From: an uncultured bacterium
GTDB taxonomy: Bacteria > Patescibacteriota > Minisyncoccia > Phycocordibacterales > PALSA-1337
DNA: 64,000 bases
Assembly (NCBI GenBank): GCA_963848635.1
Contig: CAWKEA010000005.1
Location: 111,341-175,340, forward strand
Direction of reading: 5' to 3'
Positions within the stretch are counted from its first letter, which is position 1. Each line of letters opens with the position of its first letter. Below are positions 9,789 to 19,612 of the stretch, in pieces. Below the pieces are notes generated by a model. The model made no database searches. It was not told the origin of the DNA and saw nothing but the letters and a program-made list of their open reading frames with translations. The position numbers and the translations under genes were made by a program.

Positions 9789-10852
9789 GTTTTAATAATT
9801 CTCGAGGAATATTTTGATATAATTTGCACATGAAAAAAAGAAACAAAAAAGACTCACAAATTGTGACCGTCATGAGATTCATATATTAATCAGAAAGGGA
9901 TATACTCAAAGTGAGATTGCTGACAGAATTGGAGTAACACAAGGTGCGATCTCATATGAAATCAATCAGAAGACAAGAGATGATCGTTTGTACGATTCAG
10001 AATACTCAAGACACGTCACATACGTTCGTAAGCATCACAAACGTACTCGTGGCAATACGATTGCAGAACACCCAGATCTTCGAAAGACAGTAACCGAATA
10101 TCTAATGGACGACCAATCACCAGAACTGCTCTCTGGAAGGCTTAGAAAGCTTCATGCAGATATTCCATACGTATCAGGCAGAACGATCCGTAAATTCATC
10201 AAAAGTCCATATGGAAGAAGAATCAAAGCAAAGAGAAACAAAATCCACAGAAGAAGAGGTAAAAGAAGGTTGAAATTTGAAATCACTAACAAACGTATGA
10301 TCGACAAAAGACCAAAGTATATCAAGGACAGAAAGAGAATCGGTGATACCGAGGGTGACTTCATTGCTTCAGGTAAAACTGGTCTGGGTATGCTTCTAGT
10401 TGTAACTGACAGAAAGAGTCGTGCACCATTCCTTGAGAAGATATGTCCTGTATCAATCAGGACGATGGAAAATGGTTTCAGAAGAATCAAAAGACGTTTT
10501 CCTGAGTTAAAAACAGTAACTCTCGACAATGATATCTTGTTCATCCACCACAAAGAGCTCGAGAGGAAATTCCATATCAAAATCTACTTCTGTCACAAGC
10601 ACTCACCTTGGGAAAAACCACTAGTGGAGAACAGAAACAAACTGATTAGAAGATACATTCCTAAAGGATCTGACATTTCAAGATATACACGCTATTACAT
10701 TCAAAAATTGGAAGCAAAATTGCAGAGACGCATCATGAAATGTTTAGACTACAAATTACCCAAGGAAATACTCGAAGAACATCGTAAACGAAAAAAGAAG
10801 CCCTAATCGCTTCCTTTCTGTTAGATTTTCCTTCTTAGAAAAATATTAAAAC
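9789..10852 (+). mobile_element. IS30-family insertion sequence, about 1064 bp, with imperfect terminal inverted repeats (gttttaata...)
   Basis: Left end gttttaataattctcgagga at 9789; right end reverse-complement gttttaatatttttctaaga ending at 10852, about 16/21 identical; encloses the IS30 transposase. Confidence 0.65.
9830..10806 (+). pseudogene. IS30-family DDE transposase, split by a 1-nt frameshift in an A7 run right after the ATG
   Basis: N-terminal HTH KRLTNCDRHEIHILIRKGYTQSEIADRIGVTQGAISYEI lies in a different frame from ATG 9830; one extra A in run 9833-9839 would restore MKKKKQKRLT...; downstream GDTEGDF catalytic region is intact. Confidence 0.7.
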
Positions 10853-10933
10853 GTGGGGTGTGGGTGCCGCTAATGCCTACACTGAGGTATACTATAGTAA
10901 ATAAGTTCTGTCAACCACTCAAAATCTGCTATA

Positions 10934-12862
10934 ATGGCAGACATGAACATCCTCGAGATAATACCGATCGCCCGTGGCACGCGCGTCGAGACGCTGTCGT
11001 ATTTTACCAGTGAGAATCCGCCATTAGGCGCTATCGTCGACATCCCTCTGCGCGGCAAGACTGTCCACGGAGTAGTCGCGGCCGTGCGGTCAGCGGCCGA
11101 GATGAAAGCCGACTTGAAGACTGCCCCGTTTTCCTTGAAAAAGATCGAAAAAGTAAAGTCACGGGATTTCTTGCCCGCGGCTGTCATCGAAGCCGCACGG
11201 CTCGAAGCCGATTATGCAGGCGCGACCGTCGGCGCCGTGCTGAAATCGATGGTGCACGAGAGCATCTTTGCGGCAAGCGGAAAATTGGTGAATGCCCGTG
11301 CTGTGGGACAGAAAGCACCCGAGGGCGAGGCCTCAAAGCCGTCTGTCCATGTCCTCCAGGGCGATGACGACGACCGTTATGGGGCATATCGCAGTATGAT
11401 CCGCCAGGAATTTGCCCGAAAGAAGTCGCTTTTCTTTATGGCACCGACAGTCGAAGAAGCCATCTATTTGAATGCTATTCTTGAGAAAGGCATCGAGAAA
11501 TATATATTTCTCATCCATCAAGGGATGACGGCGAAAAAGATATGCGAACAATGGAACAAGGCGGTCCGAGAAGATCATCCTATAGTCATGATCGCGACCG
11601 GAAGCTTTATGGCGTTTTGGAGGGACGACCTTGAAACGCTGGTCGTAGAGCGCGAGAGCATGCGCGGCTGGAAAAGTCAGCGCAGACCGTATATCGACTT
11701 GCGCCATGCTATCGAGACATATGCCAAAAAAGCTGGCCTTAGGCTTTATATCGGCGATCTAGCCGTGCGGGTCGAGACGTCGCGCAGGCAGGACCAAGGG
11801 GAGATCGAAGCTGGATCCCTCTTCAAGTCCCGTTCAGTCTCGATGGCGCATGACGCCGTGATAGATATGAAACAATACAAGGGCGGCTCATCATTCCGCA
11901 TATTCTCGGAGCTTGCCGAGGCTTTACTGCAAAGGACGATCGAAGAAAACGCCCATATGGTCATCATTGCGGCGCGCAAGGGCCTTGCGCCTTCGACCGT
12001 CTGCGGCGACTGCCATTCGATCGTCGTCTGCAATAGTTGCGGCGCGCCCGTTGTCCTCCATGAGAGCAAAAAAACGGGCAAGGCAGAAGAAAGCGGCCTG
12101 ACATATTTTCTGTGCCACCATTGCGGCGAACGGCGACGGACCGAAGAATATTGCAAAACGTGCGGCTCGTGGAAGCTCGGCACGGTCGGCATCGGTATCG
12201 ATCTGGCACGGAAAAAGATCTTTGACCTTTTCCCCGGCGCCAACGTTTTTCAGCTCGATTCTGACAGCGCTCCGACGCCGAAAAAGATCAGGGAAACTAT
12301 CGAAAAATTCAAAGGAACGCCCGGTTCGATCCTTCTCGGAACCGAACTGCTCGTGAACCACTTGCACGAGAAGATACCCTATGCGGCGGTTGTGACGCTC
12401 GATTCGCTCCTTTCCTTGCCCGATTTCCGCATCAGCGAGCGCATCTTCTACATGCTCCTGCGATTGCGCGCCCTGACCGAACGAGAGCTCGTGGTACAGA
12501 CGAGAAAACCCGAAGAAAAGACGTTCGAATTCGCCGGCAAAGGCAATATAACCGATTTTGTCCGCCATACCCTCGGTGAGCGAAAGCAATTCGATTGGCC
12601 GCCATACTCCATTCTGATCAAGCTCTCGATCGAAGGCAAGCGCGACGAGATAGCGGCTGAGATGGAAAAGATAAAAAATCTCATCGCGCCTTTCGAGATA
12701 GACATCTTCCCATCATTCACTGCCGGTATCCGCGGAAATTCCCTACTTCATGGGGTTATGAGACTGCCAAGCGGCTCGTGGCCGCACCACGGCCTTCTTG
12801 CCAAATTGCGCGATCTCCCGCCTGCTGTCTCTGTGAATGTCGATCCGGAGAGCTTATTATGA
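10934..12862 (+). CDS. priA: Primosomal protein N' (PriA) homolog with degenerate ATPase/helicase motifs
   Basis: PriA-like N-terminus and Cys-rich zinc-binding region CGDCHSIVVCNSCG...CHHCG...CKTCGS, but Walker A replaced by GDDDDRYG, DEEH by VERE, and GRAGR by LRLRAL. Confidence 0.6.
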   Translation: MADMNILEIIPIARGTRVETLSYFTSENPPLGAIVDIPLRGKTVHGVVAAVRSAAEMKADLKTAPFSLKKIEKVKSRDFLPAAVIEAARLEADYAGATVGAVLKSMVHESIFAASGKLVNARAVGQKAPEGEASKPSVHVLQGDDDDRYGAYRSMIRQEFARKKSLFFMAPTVEEAIYLNAILEKGIEKYIFLIHQGMTAKKICEQWNKAVREDHPIVMIATGSFMAFWRDDLETLVVERESMRGWKSQRRPYIDLRHAIETYAKKAGLRLYIGDLAVRVETSRRQDQGEIEAGSLFKSRSVSMAHDAVIDMKQYKGGSSFRIFSELAEALLQRTIEENAHMVIIAARKGLAPSTVCGDCHSIVVCNSCGAPVVLHESKKTGKAEESGLTYFLCHHCGERRRTEEYCKTCGSWKLGTVGIGIDLARKKIFDLFPGANVFQLDSDSAPTPKKIRETIEKFKGTPGSILLGTELLVNHLHEKIPYAAVVTLDSLLSLPDFRISERIFYMLLRLRALTERELVVQTRKPEEKTFEFAGKGNITDFVRHTLGERKQFDWPPYSILIKLSIEGKRDEIAAEMEKIKNLIAPFEIDIFPSFTAGIRGNSLLHGVMRLPSGSWPHHGLLAKLRDLPPAVSVNVDPESLL

Positions 12863-12894
12863 CGAGACATCGTCGCAGGTTTCATCTGTTTCAT

Positions 12895-13623
12895 CTATTG
12901 AACGATCTTGCGAGCATTGCCCTCCTTCTTGCGTTCAAGGAAAAAAAGACCCATGATAAATGAGATCAGGTACTTGAATTCAAGGTTGAGGATGCCTTCT
13001 TTTTTAAACCTCCGTGCTGACGTCTTTATAGTGAGATGAGGGCTGAATATGACTTTTCCGACTTTCGTCAATCGTCTTGCCGTATCTGTGTCGTCTCCGT
13101 AAAACACTATATCTGTATTGAAACCTCCGACCGCTTCGAGCGAGCTTGCGCGCATGAAGCTGTTTCCGCCATTCATGATCGCCCCCGCACCGAAAAATTG
13201 CGCAATCGCGCTGATGGGCGTATATATCCATTTCTGGACTTGCAAAGAAAGATACCTGAACAACGTCCCGTAATCATAATAATCGTATGGACCGCCGGCA
13301 CCGGACACTTTTGGATCGTTAAAAAAGGCGGCCCCTTTCGACAACCAGTCTTTGTCCGGCACGCAGTCGGCATCCATACGAACGAGTATATCCCCTTTTG
13401 ATTCCGTTCTTCCTCTCTCACAAGCTGACATCGTTCCCTTCCTACTTTCAGAAACGAGCTTGGCCTTTTGAAAGGATCGAGCGATCTTGGCAGTGCCGTC
13501 AGTGCTCGCGTTATCCACGACAATAACCTCGAAATCAGGATAATCTTGGGCAAGGACTGCCTCGAGAGTCTTTCCCAAGTATTGTTCTTCATTGTATGCG
13601 GGGATTATGACTGATATTTTCAT
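12895..13623 (-). CDS. Family 2 glycosyltransferase
   Basis: MKISVIIPAYNEE...VIVVDNASTDGT...DADC, the GT-A fold signature. Confidence 0.85.
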   Translation of the reverse strand: MKISVIIPAYNEEQYLGKTLEAVLAQDYPDFEVIVVDNASTDGTAKIARSFQKAKLVSESRKGTMSACERGRTESKGDILVRMDADCVPDKDWLSKGAAFFNDPKVSGAGGPYDYYDYGTLFRYLSLQVQKWIYTPISAIAQFFGAGAIMNGGNSFMRASSLEAVGGFNTDIVFYGDDTDTARRLTKVGKVIFSPHLTIKTSARRFKKEGILNLEFKYLISFIMGLFFLERKKEGNARKIVQ

Positions 13624-13705
13624 ATAATGTGTTGTGGATTGAATAAAATCTGTGGAATCATGGGACCAGAATGATCCGCATGCGCCGTATGGATTTTATA
13701 GGCTG

Positions 13706-14432
13706 TCATCGTATCACCTTCCATTCCTTGACATATGCTCTCTTGAACAAGAACATCCAGACGGTATTCATGAACCAGAGCGACAAAAGCCGCGTCCAGC
13801 CCGTCTTATGAGCGCGCCGGCCGGTATGAAAGACCTTGAGCCTCGGATCAAGCCTGACTTTGCCCAACTTTGAAAGGCGCGAGAACAATTCTATGTCTTC
13901 GGCCGCGACGAGCTTTGGGTCATAGCCGCCTGCCTTTTTGAAGACGCTCGTCCTCATCATCTGGAATTCGCCGCCGGGCGATACCCCATAGCAGAGGACG
14001 TTGTTCAAGAAGCTCATCCATATATTCTGGGATATGAATATGATCTTATCGGCCAACGTCTCTGATTCCGGTAAGACGCGGAGCCATCCAGTGAGGGCCA
14101 CGAGCTTTTTTTCTTTAGTTAAAATCTTCGAGAGCAGTCGCAAAGAATTCTCCAGAATGAGTGACACTACAATCAGCATCCATGAACGCCAAAAAATCGC
14201 CTGCCGCCACGGCTGCTCCGGCATTGCGGCCCGCCGCTATCGTCTGGCGCTCCGGCCCCGCATGCTCGACAACCTTGTCGGCATATTTTTTGGCGATCTC
14301 GACTGTCTTGTCAGTGCTTGCTCCATCCGTGACGATGATCTCGTGCGGCAGAGATAGATTATTTTTGAGCGACGTCAAAGTCTTTTCGATGACGCTTTCC
14401 TCGTTTTTAGTCGGAATGATGATGGATATCAT
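13706..14432 (-). pseudogene. Family 2 glycosyltransferase split into two frames (105-aa N-terminal part and 172-aa C-terminal part)
   Basis: N-terminal part MISIIIPTKNEE...DADCSVTHSGEFFATALEDF ends at TAA 14115 and continues in the +1 frame as ...KLVALTGW; shift next to a T4/A7 run around 14105-14135. Confidence 0.7.
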
Positions 14433-14453
14433 GATGAATTATGATGCGTTCAT

Positions 14454-15053
14454 TTATTTTACCGTCTCCGCCATCCTTGCCTTCATATACTTGCCCCATC
14501 CTCCAAGGCCAAAGAAAAATACGACAACGAGCGCGATGACGAAGAGCGCGCCGAGGACTCCATTGATCTTTATATAAAGGTCGCCCAAAAAGTAGCCGAC
14601 GACTATGAGGAATCCTGTCCAGAAGAATTGGCCAAGAAAATTAAGCGATATATAGCGCTTGAACGGGATCTTGACGATGCCGGCTGTCACGAGAGTGACA
14701 AGAGCGAATCCGAAGCCCATAGTCACTTTTGATATGATCAAGATAGAATTCTGATGCTTGTGGAATATGCGCGTGACCGAGGTCACGCCGGATTCGGTGA
14801 TGCTGAAATATTTTCCAAAACGCTTGATGAAAGGATAGCCGAAGCGATAGCCGATCGTATACCAGAATGTATCGCCTAAAAGGTCGCCGACCATAAGAGC
14901 GATATATATCGGCGTAAATGGGACGAGACCGAGCTTGTAAAGAACGCCGCAGAGCATTGCCAAGATCGGTCCTTCGGCAAAAGACGCGACGGCGATGATG
15001 GCATATGTCCAATAATCGTGATTTTGGACAAAGCCGATGAGTAATTGCTCCAT
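14454..15053 (-). CDS. DedA/VTT-family membrane protein
   Basis: Length, TM pattern and G-rich DedA core; sequence-based family guess. Confidence 0.7.
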   Translation of the reverse strand: MEQLLIGFVQNHDYWTYAIIAVASFAEGPILAMLCGVLYKLGLVPFTPIYIALMVGDLLGDTFWYTIGYRFGYPFIKRFGKYFSITESGVTSVTRIFHKHQNSILIISKVTMGFGFALVTLVTAGIVKIPFKRYISLNFLGQFFWTGFLIVVGYFLGDLYIKINGVLGALFVIALVVVFFFGLGGWGKYMKARMAETVK

Positions 15054-15099
15054 AGGTCTTTATTGTACAATCAAATCGTCTGTAAGCCCAGGAACAGCG

Positions 15100-15286
15100 A
15101 ATATCTCGATATGCTCATAAAAGCCTTGAATGACCTCCTCCCCGGGTTCTCGCTTCGCTTCACCCGGGGTTTCCTTGGGAAGGCGCAGAAGCGTGACTAG
15201 CTCCGCTCGTCGGGCTCGCTTCGGTTCCATTCATCCCCGGACTGCGGAAGCCCCGTGTCTTCCTTGCCCGGGGTTTCCTGGTATAT
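15100..15286. other. GC-rich structured intergenic segment with nested inverted repeats (ccccggg N16 cccgggg; repeated cccggggtttcctgg)
   Basis: Seen directly: ccccgggttctcgcttcgcttcacccgggg and a second copy of cccggggtttcctgg 100 nt away; lies upstream of dedA on the minus strand. Confidence 0.4.
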
Positions 15287-15317
15287 AAAAAAAATCGGCA
15301 GGTTTCTGCCGATTTTA
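15287..15317 (-). terminator. Rho-independent terminator (bidirectional form) downstream of the pilin-like gene
   Basis: aaaaaaaatcggcag gttt ctgccgatttt: 8-bp perfect stem with A-run and T-run. Confidence 0.8.
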
Positions 15318-15353
15318 TGCATAAGCTCTCTCAACCTTGGCAAATAAAACCTA

Positions 15354-15866
15354 TCATCTCGTCACAGAAATAGGACCTTTACTGTCGGGAAGCTCGCTTT
15401 GTGCGTCAACCGTTATATGGCCGTTCGCGTCTTTGAGTATCGTATATCCTGTATCGTATGTTGAAGGGTCTGTGTAAGAGCCCTTTGTCGGATCATATGG
15501 CAGTGACGAGATATAATTCGGCACAAGGCAGGCCGCCAGATCGCCGCCATTCACGTCGCCGCTTTTTATCTCGGTAAAATTAGGGTTGATTCCAAGAATG
15601 GAAGCAGTGCCGTTACATGTCAGAACGCCTTGGTGCTCAGCCATATTTTCATCGACTCCGTTCAATATCGCGGCTATGTTAGCCATGCGTTGCGTATCTC
15701 TGGCCAATGCGAACTGCCGGGATGGATTGATGGCTACGATGACTACGGCCGCCAAAATAGCGATGATGCCGATGACGACGAGCAGTTCGATCAACGTGAA
15801 GCCTCGAGCGAATGTCCGCTGATTGAATACGCCCTTGATCGACTTGGCATATGCTTTGCCGGCCAT
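15354..15866 (-). CDS. Type IV pilin-like protein (prepilin with N-terminal methylation motif)
   Basis: ...RG FTLIELLVVIGIIAILAAVV cleavage and methylation motif; the track ORF extends to 15947, likely start M at 15866. Confidence 0.8.
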   Translation of the reverse strand: MAGKAYAKSIKGVFNQRTFARGFTLIELLVVIGIIAILAAVVIVAINPSRQFALARDTQRMANIAAILNGVDENMAEHQGVLTCNGTASILGINPNFTEIKSGDVNGGDLAACLVPNYISSLPYDPTKGSYTDPSTYDTGYTILKDANGHITVDAQSELPDSKGPISVTR

Positions 15867-16261
15867 GCGGCGGACAGACGTATCCTCCGGCCTATATTTC
15901 GACTGACGAGAGCCTTTGTTAATGCTGGCGAAATATTTTTTCTTCATATTTTTATCAAATAATTACCATTAATGACAAAATTATACGCGCCAGACATTAA
16001 GAAAAGTTAAAATAAATATAAAGAATATTTTAACTTCAATAATTATTTTAATTTCATGATGTTTAACCAGCCGAGTGAGTGAATCCTTTTCTAAAAAGCA
16101 CCAAAAAAATCCGTATAATCATACGATTATGAGATGTTTTCTACGAGGTTTAGCCACAAAATTGATCATTTTTGGACTCAATCTTAGAATTATACGACTC
16201 AAAAACACGTGATTTTAAAAATGACATACCCCTTGTTTCAAAGATTGACACTAAATGCGAC

Positions 16262-16488
16262 ATTAGTGATAGTCCTGCTTGCCGTTCAAGATCAAGTTCG
16301 CTTCGGTCATTGCTTCTTCAGGGGCAAGCTCGTCTTTTTCCATCTTTTCAATAATTTGGTCGAGTGACCCGAATTCGCTCGTCGTTCGCGCCCATCAGAG
16401 CTATGCACTGACGTATCTCTTCGATCGACGTAAAAGCAGAATCTTTGGTTATTGGCGTCGTTTCGATATGTGGATGGATATGTTCCAT
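16262..16488 (-). CDS. Small hypothetical ORF coupled to the upstream ATPase, apparently frameshifted (MEHIHPHIETT... then ...DQIIEKMEKDELAPEEAM...)
   Basis: ATG three nt after the ATPase stop; two consecutive frames each look protein-like; the C-terminal part has a weak XseB-like LExGDLPLEEA resemblance. Confidence 0.3.
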
Positions 16489-16491
16489 GTT

Positions 16492-19268
16492 TTATTTTTT
16501 ATACTTCTCGTTTATCTGCGCTTCTATCTCCGCGCGATCCTTGCCATAGGTCAAGTATGATAATTCTTTCAGCTTGCCTGCGATATCGCGATCGCCTTTT
16601 GGAATGTTCGGCACTGCTATATTGAATGGCTTCACAGGAATGCCTTTTGCGAGGATCTTTACATATGCGTTGAAGTTGTCGATATTGAGAATATCTTTTT
16701 GGGTAAAGACGGGCTCGAATTGCTTTGCAAGGAATTCAGCGTCTTCGGTGCCGACGCGGAAGATGGCCATGGATCCGACGTTGCCGAAGACGGCGTTCTT
16801 TATCTTTTCATCGAGCTGTTTGATGAATTGGTGCGCGATGTTAAGCGACAATTTATATTTGCGCGCTTCGGACAAGATCGTCGAGATGGAATCGGTGGTG
16901 ATATTCTGGAATTCATCGACATACAGATAGAACGGCGGCAGATCCTTGCCCAATCGAATCGACGCGCGACAGAGCAGCCATGAGGATCTTGCCGATCAAA
17001 ATGAGGCCGATGAGGTTCGCGTTGATGTCGCCAAGGCGGCCTTTGGACAGATTGACGAGCAGGATCTTCTTATTGTCCATGATGTCGCGGAAATTGAAGG
17101 TCGATTTTTCCTGGGCGATGACCGGGCGCATGATATCGTTGGCCAGGAAATTGTCGAATTTGGAGACGATGTACGGCACGATGTTGGCGAGCGACGCCTC
17201 ACCGCCAGCTTTGTCCGCCACCTCGCGCCAGAACTGGATGACAAGCGGATTCTTGCACGTGGCCAATTTCGATTCGCGGAAAGCCTTGTTTGAAAGGACG
17301 CGCGAAACGTCGATGAGCGTGTTATTTGACGAAGGGTCATCAATGGTAAGGAGGACCGCATTGCGGAAATATTGCTCGAACATAGGCCCGCCTGCGGTCT
17401 TCATATCAAAAAGCTTGTTGAATATTGAGAGCATCTCGTTCACGACGAAGGTCTTTTGCTCGGGATAGCGAGTATCATATTCGAGCATGTTCAAGCGCCA
17501 TCGGCCGCGCAGTATAGGCAGGATCGAAATAGATGACGTCCTCGAACCGGTTCGGCGGCACGAGGGAAAGGATGTCTTCGACGTCGGATCCGTGCGGGTC
17601 GATAAAACAGAGGCCATTCCCTTTTTGCATGTCCTGAAGGATCATGTCCTTGAGGAGAGTCGTCTTGCCGGTGCCTGTCTGGCCGATGACGTAAAAATGG
17701 CGCAAGCGGTCTTCGTCGGTCGTGAACACCTTTGTCTCGCGGCCTCGGTCGCTGTTTTTGCCGAGATAGGTGCCCGATTGCGGCAAGTCCATCGGCGCGG
17801 GAGCAGAGCCTGATTTCGTCAATTTGACCTGCGATGTCGAAATGCGGCCAGCGACCGGCAAATGCATGACGGTGGCCAACTCGCGGAGAGAAAGCGGGCA
17901 ATCGTAATCGCCATCGAATCGCCGATATGTGAAGGTATCGAGCTCTTTTTCGAGCTTGCCCTTTGTCGCGCGCGCGAATTCAAAGCGATTGCCAAGCGTA
18001 TTCTCGAACTGGCTGAAAGAGGCCTCGAGGTCGGTCAAGATCGCATCTGCCTTCTCTTGGCTTTCCGCCGAAGCGACGATGCGGATGTTGGTCGACAGAA
18101 TAGGCGAAGCGAGCTTGCTCTGTATCTCTTTCATCCCGAGCTCGTCCTCTGGACGCGGCCCTTTCTGAGACTTTTTTTCTTCTTTTTTCTTTTCCTTGTC
18201 CTCCTTGCTCGTCGTAAGATTGTTCAAAAGGCCGACCATGCCGGAAGCGGCGCCCTTTATAGCCTTGTGGCCGAGAGAATAGGCGATATCGATCGCTTCG
18301 CTGAGCTTTTCGCCTTTTTGTATCTTCTCAAGCGCTTTCCTATATTTATCTGAAAAAAATCCGCCGACAGGATTGAAAACGATCTGAATGCATCCTCCTT
18401 CGCCGTCCTTGTCGATCTTTGAGAAACTGTTCAAAAGCGCATTGATCGGGTCATGGTCGAACTGCTCATATGTCTTTATGGGAAAGATATGATTCCGCGC
18501 CTGCCGTGCATATGAAGCCGCCACAGCCCCTTTTTCATTGAAGATATTGAAATCGTCCTTGTGCTCGGTTATTTTCGCGTCGGGAAATATCGAAAGGATC
18601 TGCTTTTCGAAAAGATTGCGCTTCTCGTCTGGCACGGCGGCATAAAAGACAAAATCGTCGCTGTGATTGGCCACGGCGATCTCAAAGGCAAAGATGCTGT
18701 TCACGCCGCCGCTATTGACTGACATTCCCGCGTAGAACTGTTCCATGGATGAAAGGAGCTCTTTGAGCGGCTTCTGCGTCCCGTCTTTCTTTTCATTTTC
18801 CGGCACAAGGATCTCGAACAGCGACATCTTGAGAGAGCTCCACAGATCGTCTTTCTCTTTCAAGCCGCCGATGATAAAGCCGGATTTTATATATTGCACG
18901 AGCAATCGATGGAAGTCGTCGGAGACGTGCGGGTCATCCATCTTTTCGACGACGGAAAGGGTCGCATGGATGCCTTTCGTCTCAAGCATGCCGAGAAGCT
19001 CGTTCATCTTTCCATCGTGCGCTTCCGGCGCGAGGTCGAGCACGACGGCCTCCATCTCCGGCGTCGGCACGATGTATTTTTCGTGCAAAACCTCGTCAGG
19101 CTTTTTCTCGGCATATTTCACGACTTCCTCGCGCGCCACATGCTCGACGCTCCCATCTGGCGTCTTTTCGAGCAGGTCGCGCTCGCGCCTTGCGATCATC
19201 TCGCGCAGATATGCGATCTCCTCCTGCGGATTGGTGAATTTTTCCTGCGTGCCTGTTAGGTTTTCCAT
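16492..19268 (-). pseudogene. VirB4/TrbE/CagE-family type IV secretion ATPase with a 440-aa N-terminal domain, split into three frames (two frameshifts near 17490 and 16935)
   Basis: Walker A GQTGTGKTT, then in the next frames ...LLVNLSKGRLGD...ILMAALSR and ...PPFYLYVDEFQNI...EARKYKLSLNIAHQFIKQL, the VirB4-type Walker B and RK..QS motifs. Confidence 0.65.
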
Positions 19269-19290
19269 GGATGGATTATATCAAACCTAT

Positions 19291-19593
19291 CTATATCCCC
19301 AACCCTGCCTTCAAATCCTGCTTTTTCTTTTCGGCAGTGAGAGTCTTCTCGGCATCCTCGATCTCGGCAAAAGCGGCGAGCGCCTCTTTTTGCAGAGCGG
19401 CCTTTTTCTCAACCTCGTCAGCCTCTTTCTCGAGCGCATCAAAGAAGAAAGCGGAAATGATCCTCACCTGAGTCTGTTCAGGAAACTCTTTGAGATGGTC
19501 TATGATGAAATCCTTTGCCGCTCGCTCGTCGCCGGTATCGACTACCCTCATGAATTGATCGCGGATTGATTTTGTAGCGTCAGTTGTGCTCAT
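19291..19593 (-). CDS. Hypothetical alpha-helical protein, 100 aa
   Basis: ORF lies between the 366-aa protein and the ATPase in the same orientation with short gaps. Confidence 0.5.
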   Translation of the reverse strand: MSTTDATKSIRDQFMRVVDTGDERAAKDFIIDHLKEFPEQTQVRIISAFFFDALEKEADEVEKKAALQKEALAAFAEIEDAEKTLTAEKKKQDLKAGLGI

Positions 19594-19612
19594 AGTAGTA
19601 TAAGTTTAATGG

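Noticed and set aside
9830-9870. Programmed ribosomal frameshift in the IS30 transposase
   Set aside because: IS30-family transposases are normally single-ORF. The shift sits at codon 3 in a plain A-run, not a typical slippery heptamer plus downstream structure. An indel is more likely.
15100-15290. GC-rich segment read as a tRNA or tmRNA gene
   Set aside because: No acceptor/T-arm cloverleaf. The ggttccattcat stretch does not match the GGTTCGAATCC T-loop context, and no resume codon or tag ORF is seen.
16172-16560. Plus-strand ORFs 16172-16354 and 16279-16560
   Set aside because: They overlap a minus-strand small ORF that is translationally coupled to the ATPase gene; no start or SD context and odd composition.
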